A stretch of 64,000 bases of DNA from the human T2T-CHM13v2.0 reference genome, Homo sapiens, in the NCBI RefSeq assembly GCF_009914755.1, contig NC_060933.1; one strand, 5' to 3'. The position numbers and the translations under genes were made by a program. How positions within the stretch are numbered: the first letter of the stretch is position 1; each line of letters opens with the position of its first letter. This document shows, in pieces, positions 41,554-55,160 of the stretch. Under the pieces are notes generated by a model. It saw nothing but the letters and a program-made list of their open reading frames with translations, did no database searches and was not told where the DNA came from.

Positions 41554-41671
41554 TTACTGGTTGTCAGGCAGATGAACATTTAAGAATCACTTGGGAAGTT
41601 TTCTCAAATTATGCAATCCCATCACCCTGGAAGATTTTATATGTGCTCCTGACCCCAATGTAGAACTACTG
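41554..41671. mobile_element. MER5-type hAT fragment
   Basis: agaatcacttgggaagtttt...caatgtagaactactg. Confidence 0.45.
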
Positions 41672-43957
41672 ATCTAATTTCTCTACTGTCTGATAAATGA
41701 ACTTACTGCATTATAACCACTATATTTTCATTTTTGTTTTCCTTTTACATCTTCAGCCCAATATCATACCTGCTTTGTTTATCTGCTAGTCACCAAAGGT
41801 CTCCATTTCTGTCCCCCCGTCGCAGCTCTAAAATGCGGGTTTCATCTGGCTTGCAAAGATGACTATCAGATCAGATCACTGGATCAGGATAATGGTTACT
41901 TCAGAGTCACACATTTAGTTCATATGAAAATACCCATCTGCCTACCTAGGAGACCTCCACTTGACATATCTGTTTAGAGAAAACTTTTCCAAAATGAGCA
42001 CATAAATATTTCATGATAAACCCCAGATAAAACTGAGAAGTGAGTTTCCTCACAGGCAATAATGCATTTTAAAAAAGAATTGAATGGGAAGGTTATGATT
42101 TAGATTTTTAGGGAGAATAAAGGTAAACATTTCCCAAACGTAGCTCTTGTGATTTTATTATGATTACTCTGAAATTTCCCCTTGCGTGTTGCAAAGCCTC
42201 ATGAATGTGACTAGTGAGTGTTTTGCAGGCAGATCGTATGTCATAATATACAGCAGAGATTTAGAAGTTAGGGCACTTTCATTCCTTTATCTGTAAAATG
42301 GAGCAATAATATTCAACTCAGAAATTAAATGTCATGATACAAGTAAAGTACTTGGAAATAAGATCTCTTTACATCTTAGTTGTTTTTCTGAAGGAGAGTA
42401 ATTTTCAAGAATTTAAAGTTTTTTACTTTTCCCAATTCTTTCTGCTTACAGTTTGCTATATTATTTTCTAAAGCAAAATTGCAGAGATTTAGTTTACTTC
42501 TTTAATTATTATTTGGGGAACAGGCTGTAAAAGTACAGGATCTCAAGAAGACAAAATTAGGACACTGATTACAGTGCTGCTCAGTTACACCACTTAAGTA
42601 TACCCACATGAAAATAAAAGGTTGATATTCTACTAACTGCTAATTAGTACGCAGCTAATATCTTCAGAATCTGAGTAATTCAATTGAAGTACTTTTAAAA
42701 ATATGCATTCAAATGAACTGGAACTTTTTAAAACTCAGATTCCTCATAGACAAAATATTTCCCTTATTCTAAGTATTTCACTCACATTTGATATGACATC
42801 TATTTATCTTATTGTGATTCCCTAATTTTTTGTCACTTCATTAATTTTTAGGTAAAATGATTGCTTTACTTGTTTGGAATTTTGCCATGAATATCATAGA
42901 TGCATTAGGAGACCTTTTCATTTAAATCAAAGCTAGGATCAGGAACTATGTTAGTAGTTAAAAATGTTTTAAATATGAATATTTTACCATTCTTCAAATC
43001 AATTTTTAAAAATTATAATATTCAAATTTTATTCACTTATTCAGCAAATATATATTTTGGTACGTGCAGTACACCAGGAACTGTAATTTCACAACATAAT
43101 ATATAAAATGAGAATTCCATAAAAGTGAAAGAGAAATATGTAATAGTAAATATTTTAAAAGGATGCATTTATTTAAAAATATTTAAACTCCACAAAAATG
43201 AAACTCAAATATTGAAGACATGACTAGGTTACAATTATTTCTACAGTTCTTCTAAGTCAATAATGTTTTAGTAGAAGTATTCCTTGAAGAAATATTCATA
43301 AACTAATTGAATTTCCAATAAATTAAATAAAACATAAATATTTTAAATTTCACATTCCCATAGAAATATGTGGAAAATAATTAAGAAAATCTTACAAAGA
43401 ACACCAACTTATTGTTTGAAAATCAAAAATTTATTTCATTGGAAAAATACCATTTTTACTGTGAAGATTAATTTTATTTGTCAACGTGACTGCACCATAG
43501 TGCCCAGATATTTGGTCAGACATTATGCTAGATGTTTTTGTGAAGGTGATTTTTGGAAGAGAATAACATCAAAATTGGTACCCTTTGAAATAAAACAGAT
43601 TTCCCTCTATAATGTGGGTAGGCCTCACCTATAAGTTGAAATCCTTAATAGACAAAGACTGACCTTCCCCATGCTTGAAATAATTTTGCCAGAAGATTAG
43701 ATTGCACTTGGACTTGAACTGCAAATCTGCCCTGAGCCTCCAGACAGCTGCCCCATCTCATCGGATTTTGGACTTGCCATGCTTCCACAATTATGTGAGC
43801 CAATTACTTATGATAAATCCCTCTCTCTATAGATAGAAGAAAGATAGATAGATGGATAGATAGATAGATAGTCTTTATTTCTCTCTCTATATATAAAGAT
43901 GCATATATATAATCTGTCATGTATAGTCATATATATCTTTCATATATATATATATAT

Positions 43958-44206
43958 ATATGCATAATCCACTTCTAAAGAATGAAACATAACAGGACAA
44001 AATGCAGTCAAAATGAATACAATAGATATAGTCAATGATGATGCAAAAGCAATTTCCGAAGTCTGTATCACTGTCACTTAGTTGTACAAATGTGTCACTT
44101 AAGAAACTAAAGGTCAGAAGTTTTCAGAGTTCTGACAGTCTTGTGGTCATAGCATTGAAGTTAAATAAGACTTAAGCTCTAGCCTTATAAATAAAAAAAG
44201 GTAAAA
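43958..44206 (+). repeat. Dispersed direct duplicate of 45817-46069 (acceptor copy)
   Basis: atatgcataatccacttcta...ctctagcctt...ggtaaaa; ~21 substitutions and one 4-bp indel versus the downstream copy. Confidence 0.96.
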
Positions 44207-44635
44207 AATAATATATATAATATATTATATATTATTAATATATAAATCTATAATATATTATATTTATTAATATATAATATAATATATTATATAATACATA
44301 TTATTAATATATAAATGTATAATATGTATTATTAATATATAAATATATAATATAAATTATATAAATATATAAAATATATTTATATAATATAAATTATATA
44401 AATTTTTATATAATTTATATTATATAAATATATAAAATATATTTATATTAATATATTTTATATATTATATATTTTTTATATAATATTATATAAATATATA
44501 ATATATATTTTTTATACAATATTATATAAAATATATAATATTTATATATTATATATTTTATATATTATATATTTTATATAATATACTATATATAATATAT
44601 ATTATTAATATATATACATATTTAATATATATATA
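44207..44635. repeat. Near-pure A/T low-complexity tract containing a palindrome
   Basis: ~430 bp almost entirely A/T; perfect 29-bp arms at 44374-44402 and 44405-44433. Confidence 0.95.
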
Positions 44636-44821
44636 CACACAAAAATCTTGTTGGTTCTGTTCTCTAGAAAATTCTCACAGATAACATTCATTTAAACATA
44701 TCTATTCTCATATAGTTCTCACAGAAATTAGGGGAGCTTGATATTACCTTGTCCATAACAGGAGACCTCAGGTTCACTTTGAACACATGTTCTACTCATA
44801 ACTGCACTCAAGCATGAGTAT

Positions 44822-45046
44822 CTAGTGAGATTGTGTTGCTACAAAAATAAAATAAAATAAAATAAAACAAAATAAAATAAATTAGCTGGGCATGGTGGCA
44901 GGCACTGTAGTCCCAGCTCCTCAGGAGACTGAAGTGGGATGATTGCTTGAACCCAGGAAATCAAGGCTGAAGTGAGCTATGATTGCACCACTGCACCCCA
45001 GCCAGGGCAACATATGTTTTTTGTCTCTTACCAAAAAACACAAAAC
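44822..45046 (+). mobile_element. 5'-truncated AluJ (linker + right arm)
   Basis: (AAAAT)n linker, attagctgggcatggtggc...gaagtgggatgattgcttgaacccaggaaatcaaggctgaagtgagctatgattgcacc. Confidence 0.88.
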
Positions 45047-45816
45047 CTACACTAAAAATTAATTCATTGTTTGTAAACCTGTATTTATCTTAAAAATAAA
45101 AAAAGCTGTAGTGAAATAAATATAAAGAAGTTGGGATTAAAATTAGGATACAAGGATATAGGTACATGATTATGAGATATGCTTATTAGTCCATTAGCAC
45201 ATCCCATTATATCTCCCGTAAACTAAAAATTATCTTAAGAAAAAATATTGTGACTTCCTTCTAAATTCATATATCAGCAGTTCTACATATTATCATTAAA
45301 AACATAAGCTTCGGCTCAAAGGAAATTTTACAGGTGCCCCCTTTCATAAAACAGAAAAATCAAAGAGCTCTAGGACAAATTAATTTCAGAAACCTGTCTT
45401 CTCAGACTCTTTTCCCACCTGTCCTCACACATCAGCAAAGTAGCACCCAACAAAAGCACAGGAAATCCCAGAGCTCTGTGGATTTTGCTTATGAACATAC
45501 AGTCCTATGAAAAATAAGGTTACATATGTATCAGACAAGGAATGGTAATAATAAATACTGAAGAATTAAAGGCTAGGAAATAAGAATAACATGTTTGTAT
45601 CATAGTTCAAATTAAATTAGAGTAGCAAGATATTCTTAGGTAAAGCATTTCCAATCATATTTATACACATATATTTTAAGGTTAAAAGTATACATATTGA
45701 TTCATTCTTTTGGTCATTTATATGTTGAAAAATAATATACTGATTTTCTTTTATCTAACAGAAGGGCTTAAAAATTAGTATGCTAATTTATTTAAAGTCA
45801 CCCAACCTTATAGAGC

Positions 45817-46069
45817 ATATGCATAATCCACTTCTAAGGAATGAAACATAACAGGACAAAATAAAGTCATAATGAATACAATAGATATATTCAATGATGA
45901 TGCAAAAGTAATTTCAGAAGCCTGTACCACTGTCACTTAGGTGTCCAGATGTGTCACTTAAGAAATTAAAGGTCAGAAGTTTTCATAGTTCTGACAGTCT
46001 TATAGTCATACCATTGAACTTAAATAAGACCTACGCTCTAGCCTTGGAAATAAATAAAAAACGGTAAAA
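45817..46069 (+). repeat. Dispersed direct duplicate of 43958-44206 (probable donor)
   Basis: Same 250-bp sequence, here embedded in continuous unique-looking DNA. Confidence 0.96.
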
Positions 46070-47442
46070 CCAAAATGACTATTTGAAAGCTTAATCAGTT
46101 ATTAAAATAGTTAATCGTCAATTGTTTGATTTATGGTCAGGGATAATCCATTCTTGGTAATCCTGATGACAGAAATGACCACAAAGTTCCATTTATTTTA
46201 ATAAGCAATTACTAGTCAACAATTAGGCTTTTGTGACCTTGTAAAGGTTACACAATCTTTTCTGTCATAGAATAGGACTATAGATACTGTTTCCAGAAGA
46301 GTAAATGAAAATGAATGCCCAGTGAATACCTAATTTTAATATATGCCATCAAAATGTACAATTTGGTATGTTAAGGTGATTTTTTTTGCCCACACCAATG
46401 TTTTTCTTGTTAAAATAAAATGTTGCTTTTTACAAAAGTACTGCATAACAATGATGTCTTCAAGCCCCTGATCATTTACCAAACTATTTAATTAATATAT
46501 TAATTGGGCATAATAATCCAAATAAAATATGATATTTAAACTTCAAAATGGTATGCTTAGGATTTAAGGGGCTGATTCAATTAATGTTTCTGATGTATCA
46601 TGTTTTTTTAACCAAGAAATATTACAAATTACTTTTCAAAAAAAGAACAGTAGAGACAGAGACAGCAACTATGTAAAACATGTATATTTAGGTAAAGTAA
46701 CCATAATTTCTGGTGTGTTTGACACTGGTTTGATCACTGTTAACACTAAGCACCAAATAGAAGGATTCTAGAGTATATTTACCAGGGATCTCTTGACTTT
46801 GTGTGTCTTGTAATACAAAGTGGCTTGTTCTCAATGGCTCAGTAAAGGAATCTTAGGCTTCATGGTGTAGATCAACTGCAGAAGCACCTGTGAAGCACTA
46901 TGAATTACTTTGTAAACCACCACCACATTAGCTTAGATATGGTGATTCACAAAGAAATCCACAGCACTTCACAGTTTGTGTAAAGCCTGGTACCTATGAA
47001 CCAACAAAAACAGTACCCTTTGGCCACCAAAAGTTGAGGAAGTATTTCCATCTAGTTCACAATCAATTGAAGAATATGCTCAGTTTTGCACCACCCTCTT
47101 TTAGCTGAAACACACAAGAAACACTGAACATTTATTTTAAGTAAATAAAACTTAAAAATAAATGCATGCTTTCTATATTATATACCAGTAAATTTCATTT
47201 AAAAGAATTCCTAATACAATAACTAGCATGACATTATGCAGGATGAAAAAACAGGGTTCTGCTCATCAAAATAAAAGGGCATGGTTATTAATATAGATGT
47301 CAGGAGTAGGGAGTAGAATAAATAATAAAACTATATGTAATTCTCACATCCATATCACAGTATATAAGTGTTGCTGGGATAATTTGTTCTAAAGATATCC
47401 TCAGTTACTTAGCTTCCCACTTTATACTCATATAATCTCATA

Positions 47443-47512
47443 TCCTATGACACAAGCTTACCAATGTTACAAATCTGCCCTTGTACCCCTGAACTTAAAA
47501 TAAAAGTTCAAA
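47443..47512 (+). mobile_element. Very short L1PA13-16-like 3' end
   Basis: cctatgacacaagcttaccaatgttacaaatctgcccttgtacccctgaacttaaaataaaagtt. Confidence 0.8.
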
Positions 47513-48069
47513 GGCAATCATTAAATGAGTTTAACCTGAGTGTTTTTTCCTCTGATATTTGTCCAAGTAAGTATTTTTTCATATGACTGCTGAAGTCCAA
47601 GAATGTTTATAAAACTAAATTCTATATTATACATATTAGGTTCAACTCTGAAAGAAAACCACACCAATAAAAAATGAAAAACAAACAATAAAGTTACTCT
47701 CCTTTGCAAAATAACCAGAATCCCACCTTTTAACTTTTATCTAAAGAGCAAAAAGAAAGGTTTCATTTATAATTAATGAAAAGAATCTATAAATCTTCCC
47801 AGCCTAGTAAGCATAATATCAATCAAGTAATTCATGCTTTTGAAAATTTCAACATTTTTCAAAGTAACCATCAAATGTCAACATTAATTAAAAGTTTGCT
47901 TTATAGAAGCTCATGAACATAGAGTCCTAGGCAGTTCACCACTGTCAGTGTAGGTCACTGCTCAGGAATACCCTACTCACCTCCACCAACCACACATATA
48001 ACAACCAAGCCAAACTTGCTAAGTATCTGAATAATTAAAAATATTTAAATAAAAAATTTGTAGAAAATA

Positions 48070-48450
48070 TGTATGTATGAAAAAAAAATATTTGTTTTGC
48101 GCTTATCATGTGCCAGGCATAGTCTTGGTTAGATGCTGGGGATATAAAAACTCCAGGTTTCAAGAAATACAAAGGAGAAAACAAGAATTTGAAAAAAGCA
48201 GTAATAGGTGTTATGAAAAGTTTCCATATAGGGCTAATGGAGACATGGAGAGGCCACTTAATTCAGTGCTAAGAGCGTTGATTACAGATGTCTTCTCTAA
48301 GGGAATACCATATATAAGAGAACTGAAAGAGTAGCAGGAATTAGCAATGAGAAGGGTGGGGTAAGTGTTCTAAGCAGAAGAGAACACATATACCACGGCC
48401 TATCCAAAGAAATAACGTGATTTTTATTTTATTTTTTGGTATACTATAGC
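48070..48450 (-). mobile_element. L2 3' fragment
   Basis: aaatatttgttttgcgcttatcatgtgccaggcatagtcttggttagatgctggggata...gtgttctaagcagaagagaaca. Confidence 0.7.
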
Positions 48451-48764
48451 TGAAAAGGAAAACTGCTGCTACAGTTAGAGTAGGTGAACACAAGTGAGCA
48501 TCACCAGATCAGAGGCAGCAGGGACAGAAAAATTTGAAGTAAGAGAACTCCAGAATAATGAGGCAACCTGTCTGAAATATGGGCAGAGTAAAGGAGCAGT
48601 TATACAAAGGTCCTCCAGCTCTTCATCAAGTGTCACACTCAATCCCAAACTGGCCCAGGCAAAACCTCTTGAAGAATCAGGCCAGTTTCCCCAGTGAAAT
48701 TCAGGCATACTAGTTGGGTGGAATACATTTAGAGTTTGACATGGGTTTAAAAACAAATCACCCT

Positions 48765-49086
<322 letters not shown>

Positions 49087-50859
49087 TCAACTTAAAGAGA
49101 TCTTAAGTGGCTCTTTGAATAACCATTCCAATCCAAATGTAAAATTAAGTTGATCCAATAATAATAGTGAAATAATCCAGGGTGTGTTTTTACAATATTT
49201 TATACCTCTTGTTGCTATTCTTTCACTAAACAAGACAAATATGCTCTCCATATGTAGCACTCTATGTTAGTCGGGTACTTGGCTTTGCTTGGTTTGTGAA
49301 TCTGAATGCAAGAAAACTTCATGCAAGTCCCTCTTTAGACAGCATTCAGCTAATTTAGAAAATTTTCCCACATTTTCTGTCAAATATGCTCTCTATTTTA
49401 TATAAGTAGATAAATGATATGCACTGAGAATGAAATGTTCTGGTTGAACTAATTTTCCGGTGCACTGATTATTAGAAAACACCATTTTTTCAAACTCTTG
49501 CACTATTTAACTTCAAAAATAGGCAGTTATTTTATAATGAATTACCATATTGAATGCTTTATTGTATTTTTTTAAGGTTATCCAGAACCCCTGTGTCATT
49601 TTCTACTTGTGGTCAACATCTCTGTTAATAACCGTGCATCAGTTATTCCATCTATGCTTGTGATTTGAAAAATAAGGTCCCTAACCCCAAAGGAATTCAG
49701 AGTACCACGGGGCATACAAAGTGATTCTGAATCTGCAATTAGGAACTATAGCATAAACCCTATAATCAATGCTATGAAAGGAATATTTTCCAAGTTCTAA
49801 GGCTGCAGAGAGGAGGAAGGCCAACACCCAGGGCACCCAGGGCAGAGAAGAAGGGTGGTGTGAATTAGACTTAAGTGCTACACAATATGGTACATTGCAG
49901 GCAGTTACAGGATATGAAGTAGATTGATATTTTTGCTTTTGCCAAAAAATTCTGAGTGCTGTTAGTGTGAAAATCACTAATGTGAGCATGAATTCATATA
50001 ATTAACTTTATTCTCTTACTCTTCTATCACCGGGGGGTAAATTCCAGCTAATGGAGAATTCTTTTTAATTGGGCTCCAACTAGGCATCAGGTTTATTAGA
50101 GGACAGACGTCGTTGGTGGGGTCTTAAAGTGAGTAACTTAGTTCTGATTCAAAAGTATAAACAGAAATTTATTCTGTACTATAGTTTATTTTCTAGATTC
50201 ATCCTTATTTCTTAGAATCTTGTATCTTACATTTTTCAACCCACACAAGCAAGAAAACTGAAATAAAACAAATAAGGTAGAGATAATATCAAAATACAGG
50301 CCATAATATCAGCTCTATTTAAAATAACTACTGCTGGTGACAGGAAGTAAAACAGCTGCAGAACTGACAGAGGAATCTGCAGTTAAGGGCTAAATCACAC
50401 CACTAATATGACAAATGCTGCTGGTAAACTGAGTGGGAAGGCAAGTTCAGAAGGAAGCCTGCATCCTTTCCTGGTGATGAAAGCTAAAAAGAATGAAAAT
50501 AGTAGAGCAAGTAAAATAATACAAAATAAAAATAGAACAGGAAATGAAAAATGCATATACAGTAAATACAATCCTCCTACTGGTTATTTTTTTCTCCCTT
50601 TTCTCATAAAATCTCTCTTTTGCCCTGAAATATTGAAAATAAACAATGCAAGTCAGGGTATAAAAGCAAGTGATTGCTAACAATAATAAGCAAGTGCTAG
50701 CCATAGCTGAGCTAAATATGTGGCAGGCTCTATGTCTTTCAAGTAAAGAAAAAAAAAAAAAGAAGACAAACTCTTACCCCTACTGCACCAATGTAAACAT
50801 TTGCCATAAATTACAGAGAATCACAAAGTTATTGGAATTTTAACTATTTTTTAAAAAGA

Positions 50860-51060
50860 AAAACTTTCATTATCAAGCACCCATAAAGCATGTGTATTAC
50901 TTCATTTATTTCTGATTTCTGACAACAGACAACACATAATCCCTGCCTTCAACACGTGGCAGTTGAGGCACACAAAAAAGTGTAATCTGTCCAAGGTTAA
51001 ACAAATGTTTAAATAACAGAGCTAGATTTGTCTAAAAGCTCATGTTTTGTCTTTGCCCCA
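50860..51060 (-). mobile_element. MIR SINE
   Basis: ttgaggcacacaaaaaagtgtaatctgtccaaggttaaaca...cagagctagatttg. Confidence 0.55.
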
Positions 51061-52399
51061 TAACGTCCCAGTATGCAACATTACCTATAGTGTTTGTGAA
51101 ATATACAGAGAAAAGAAAATTAGGTAAAAACATAAAGTTTGAATTATAAATTTTACACAGAATCAAATATACATTTGCCCTACAATGAAACAATTCTTTT
51201 ACCCAAAAATAATAAAACATATTAATAATACTTAAACATTTTGTAAAAGCATCCAGTTTACTTAAGACAAAGTTTTCAGGATTTTATGTAAAATATCCAT
51301 TTATACAAAAATAGATAATATCTCAATTACAAATCTTTCCTTTCTTACTCATTATAGGTGATCCCTAGAGGCTTGGAAGAATGTTGTTAACCTAGTGTGT
51401 GTCGTTAACTTTGCTTACACTTAATAAAGTCTCCTGCCTTCAGAAGTATACTATGACTTATTTGCCTTCAGCTGAATATGCCTTTCTGTGAATAAGTCCT
51501 CATTGATGACATTTGATTTTATACTCCAGGAAGTATTTTTCAGTCATTGAAGGGTTTAGTTCACTGTCAAAGATCATTTGTCTAAGCAGTAATATCTAGA
51601 GATCCAGTTTATAAAGTGGACCTCTACATTTACTCAGAGACTACATAGAATAGTGAGTGAGTGAGTGAGCATGTGTGTGTGTCTGCATGCATGTGGTTAT
51701 GTGTGTATGTTTTCTCTTTTGTTCTCCCTGCTTCAAGATTGATGCCTTTCGAAAGTGGCATCATGGGTAATTTTCTGTCATCTGAGAGATAACTCATCCT
51801 ACTTCAAATCTGTCCACATAATAGTCCAGTGTTTTGTAGGTAAATTTAATTGTTTAGTTATTTGAAGAGAATAAATGAGTGCCCCTTTGGAAAGGGAATG
51901 AGAGAACAGAAAACAAATAAGCATTTTAAAAACATGTAAACTTTCAGTGCTTATTATTTCTCTCATTAATGAAAATCTTATATTTGGAACAGCAGTTCAG
52001 CTGAGTAACTGCAAACATAATTTGGTTCCTGTGGGTTGAGTTTGTTCCAAACCTCAAAGATTAAATTTTGCAACTGAAAATTAAGCTTAGCACTGTGGTT
52101 TTGCAGATGAAGATAGAAAGTAGTGGAATATATTATTTAAGCCCCCAACTCACAACATTTGCAATATTTGAGTGACTATATACACAATTATCATTTACTG
52201 ATATATTTGATGGAATTTATATCTCGCTGATTTGATAATATAACAAATTTCCAGGCCTGCTTTTAGCTCAGGACTATTTGTTAAATATGGGATAAAAATA
52301 AATGATATACTTATTAAATACATATTTATCACTGCCAAAGATCAGGCATAGTTAGAACACTGAATTCAAATTTAGTTTAAATTTGATAAACATCTAATT

Positions 52400-52960
52400 A
52401 TCCATTCATCAAAGATGTTTTGAGCCCCTACTATGAGGGAAAAACTAGGCTAGACATTGAAGAATCAAAGGGAATACTTAATGTTCCATCCTTCAGGGAG
52501 CTCAGAGTCATCAGGTAAACTGACAAATCTGCAAATATTTCCAGTACAGCCATAACTGTAATGACGGACAAGTGTAGGATCCTACAGAAGAAGTGGCTAA
52601 TCAGAATTAGACAATAAGAAAGGTCTTTTCAAAAGAGACGAAGCCTGACTTCTATAGAGGGTTTAAAAGTATTTGACCAGGTGACCAGAGGATGAACAAG
52701 GAGTGGGGGGAGGGGTCACAGAAAGAAGGCTATTCCAGATAAAGAAAACAGTACTTGCGAAATTCAAGAGACAATGTGTCTGAATTAGGAACTACATGTT
52801 AAATTATGTATGACAGAGAAATAGCAAGCAGGAAGAAAAAAGATGAAAATTAGCTAAAAGTCCAGTGGTTTGAACTGTGTGGTAGACAGAGCCTGAGGAA
52901 GAAGACACAAGATGCATGAGAAATGGCTAGTCCCTGTCTTCAAGGAGCCCACAGATCAAG
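52400..52960 (-). mobile_element. L2 fragments
   Basis: ccattcatcaaagatgttttgagcccctactatg...ccatccttcagggagctcagagtc; gtccctgtcttcaaggagcccacag. Confidence 0.65.
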
Positions 52961-53019
52961 AGGTGATCAATAGGTCCAAAATCAATAGGTGATCAATAGG
53001 TCAAAAATCAATAGGTGAT
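52961..53019. repeat. Nested tandem repeat: 26-bp unit x2.3 containing four atcaatagg
   Basis: aggtgatcaataggtccaaaatcaat aggtgatcaataggtcaaaaatcaat aggtgat. Confidence 0.9.
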
Positions 53020-53419
53020 TTTGGACAACAATGTCTCCTTCAACACTGCAACTCCCACTGTTGCACCTACTACAAATAATAAACATAGCACCCTTTTCCC
53101 AATTTCCCACCAAGATTCAGAACCCTATGGGCTCGTTTTACACCCTACCCTGCCTTTCGATTCTTCCCTCCCCTTACATAAAAATGTCTTTAAAGGAAAG
53201 GACACATCAGTCAATGTTCAAAGCCAACGTTATTATACCTGATAAATAAAAGTATTAACAGTAAAGCTAAAAACACTTCAGAATCAGAAAAAAAAAACCC
53301 ATAACATGCATTTATATTGAGTCCCTCCTTCACTCTTTGAAGGATTTGTTACTTTATTTTCCCATTTGTAGACACATGGCCAGTTCATTGAAATGGTACA
53401 CAATTTTTACTCATTTTCT

Positions 53420-53915
53420 CTAAACCATACCTGATATTTGTAATCCTCTGCTTAAATACCTCATTTTCGAGGCACTGCTTTTTCATAAAATCCACAAAGT
53501 TTATTACGATCTGACAACAATCGAACTGCACAACATTATTTTTTTCCATTCCACCCCATGTGTGTCATCTTCCAGTCCACCTGTACTTCCCACTCTAACC
53601 TAAACATATAACTTCATGATTGTGAACATAAAATGACTTTATGTACTTCTTGCATTTCTCCTCCTAGAAAATTCTTGTTCAATCTTAGACACAGCTCCAA
53701 TATAACGTCCACTGTGAAACATTCTCTGACTCCCCATACAGAGGTTATAGCTTCTATCAGGACCCCACAGACCAATGTTCCTACTGCTAGTATAGTATTT
53801 TCTATTCATGTGTATTGGTTTATACGTTTATCTGTCTTCCAATTCTTTGACCTTCTGAGGTCATAAACTGTGCCTTAGTCATCTGGAACAGAAAAATACC
53901 TGATGTGGAGAAAAT
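53420..53915 (+). mobile_element. L2 3' fragment
   Basis: cttagacacagctccaatataacgtccactgtgaaacattctctgactcccc...tttatctgtcttcc...aactgtgccttagtcatct. Confidence 0.65.
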
Positions 53916-54800
53916 ATTTGCAGCTTATATACCGTACTTGGTGTCTATAGCAATCATAAGTAAAAGCATAAAAAGAAGCAACAAAAAAGGACATAAAACC
54001 ATAGAAAAGTAAACTAATTATTTGAACTTTTAAATCGTACTAAAGAAATATCAACAAGTATGGGAAAATGCTTCACTTAATTTATATTTTAAAAAAGCAA
54101 ATGAAAACAGCATCAAGATATTTATTCCATCAGATTGGCAATAATTAAAACATGTATCAGCCAAAGGCGACAGAAAATAGAAATTTTGTTTCATTAATAA
54201 TAGTGTAAGTTGCCATGTTTTTTTGTACTACATAGTAGGAAATGTCAAAATTTCAAAATGAACACACAATTTTATCTAAAAATTCTCCTTCTAGACATCT
54301 ACAGAAATGTTTACATTTGAGTAAAATATATTGACAGATGATGATTGTGGCAACTTTTAATGAATTAAAAGTGGGAACCAATTTAAATATTTATAAATAA
54401 GGAAATTGTTAAATAAATTATAATTCAATATTGCTATGTAGATACTAAAGGTATATAATAATGAGGTAAGCCTAAATTATATTTAAATAATATATAAATA
54501 CTTTAAAATACAGCAAATCTATATGAAAATGTGGCCATAATAATCTGCTAATTGAAAATGAAATTAAACAATAGAACAATATTCATAATATAAGCTCATT
54601 GAAAATATATATGCATATAGAAAACACTCTAGAACACACATACCAACTTCTTAAAATGTTTATTTTTAGGAAATAGGAATGGAAAGTGGGAGGGAAAGCA
54701 ATGGTGGCAGTAGAAAGGAGATTTCAACATTTTACTTCATATACTCTGTGTTACTACCTTAGTCATATGACAATATATTCAGCATTAAAATATAGAAAAT
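53915..54800 (+). mobile_element. Old L1ME (ORF2 end / 3'UTR), degenerate
   Basis: aaaatgcttcacttaa...gcaaatgaaaacagcatcaagatatt...ccatcagattggcaata...aattctccttctagacatctacagaaat...aattgttaaataaattata. Confidence 0.7.
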
Positions 54801-54979
54801 AAGAAAATGAACTATATATTTTATGTAATATATAAAAATATTAAGCTTAGGAACACTGTCAGCTATACTATAGTGTAACCAAATGATGCTTACATTTGCA
54901 TCTTCAAACCTCTGAGGTTTTTATCTTTGCAGCACATAAGATGACAAGTAGAAGGAGCAATCTACTGAAAACACTACAT

Positions 54980-55160
54980 AAGGAGTGAAATAAGCATGAA
55001 AGAATGAGAGACGTTGGTTCAAATCCCAGTTCTGATGCATTAACTGGGTGAACTTTATATGTTGGAGCCTTACCTTCTTAAATATAAAATATGAATACTA
55101 GTACTTATCTCCTATGGTTTTGAAAATGCTTGGTTCATAGTAGATGCTTAATAATTTCTA
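54980..55160 (+). mobile_element. MIR SINE
   Basis: ggttcaaatcccagttctgatgcattaactgggtgaact...tagtacttatctcctatggtt...catagtagatgcttaataa. Confidence 0.75.

Larger units (their letters stand above)
43460..44686 (+). mobile_element. ERVL LTR MLT2D-like, with an expanded AT tract and a captured 250-bp insert
   Basis: gtgcccagatatttggtcagacattat...ggattttggacttgcc...tgtgagccaattac, then (GATA)/(TA); 3' end cttgttggttctgttctctagaaaattct...aca. Confidence 0.88.

Noticed and set aside
49236-49393. 13-bp direct repeat caaatatgctctc 145 bp apart (possible TSD)
   Set aside because: No tail or recognisable element between the copies; plausible by chance in AT-rich DNA.
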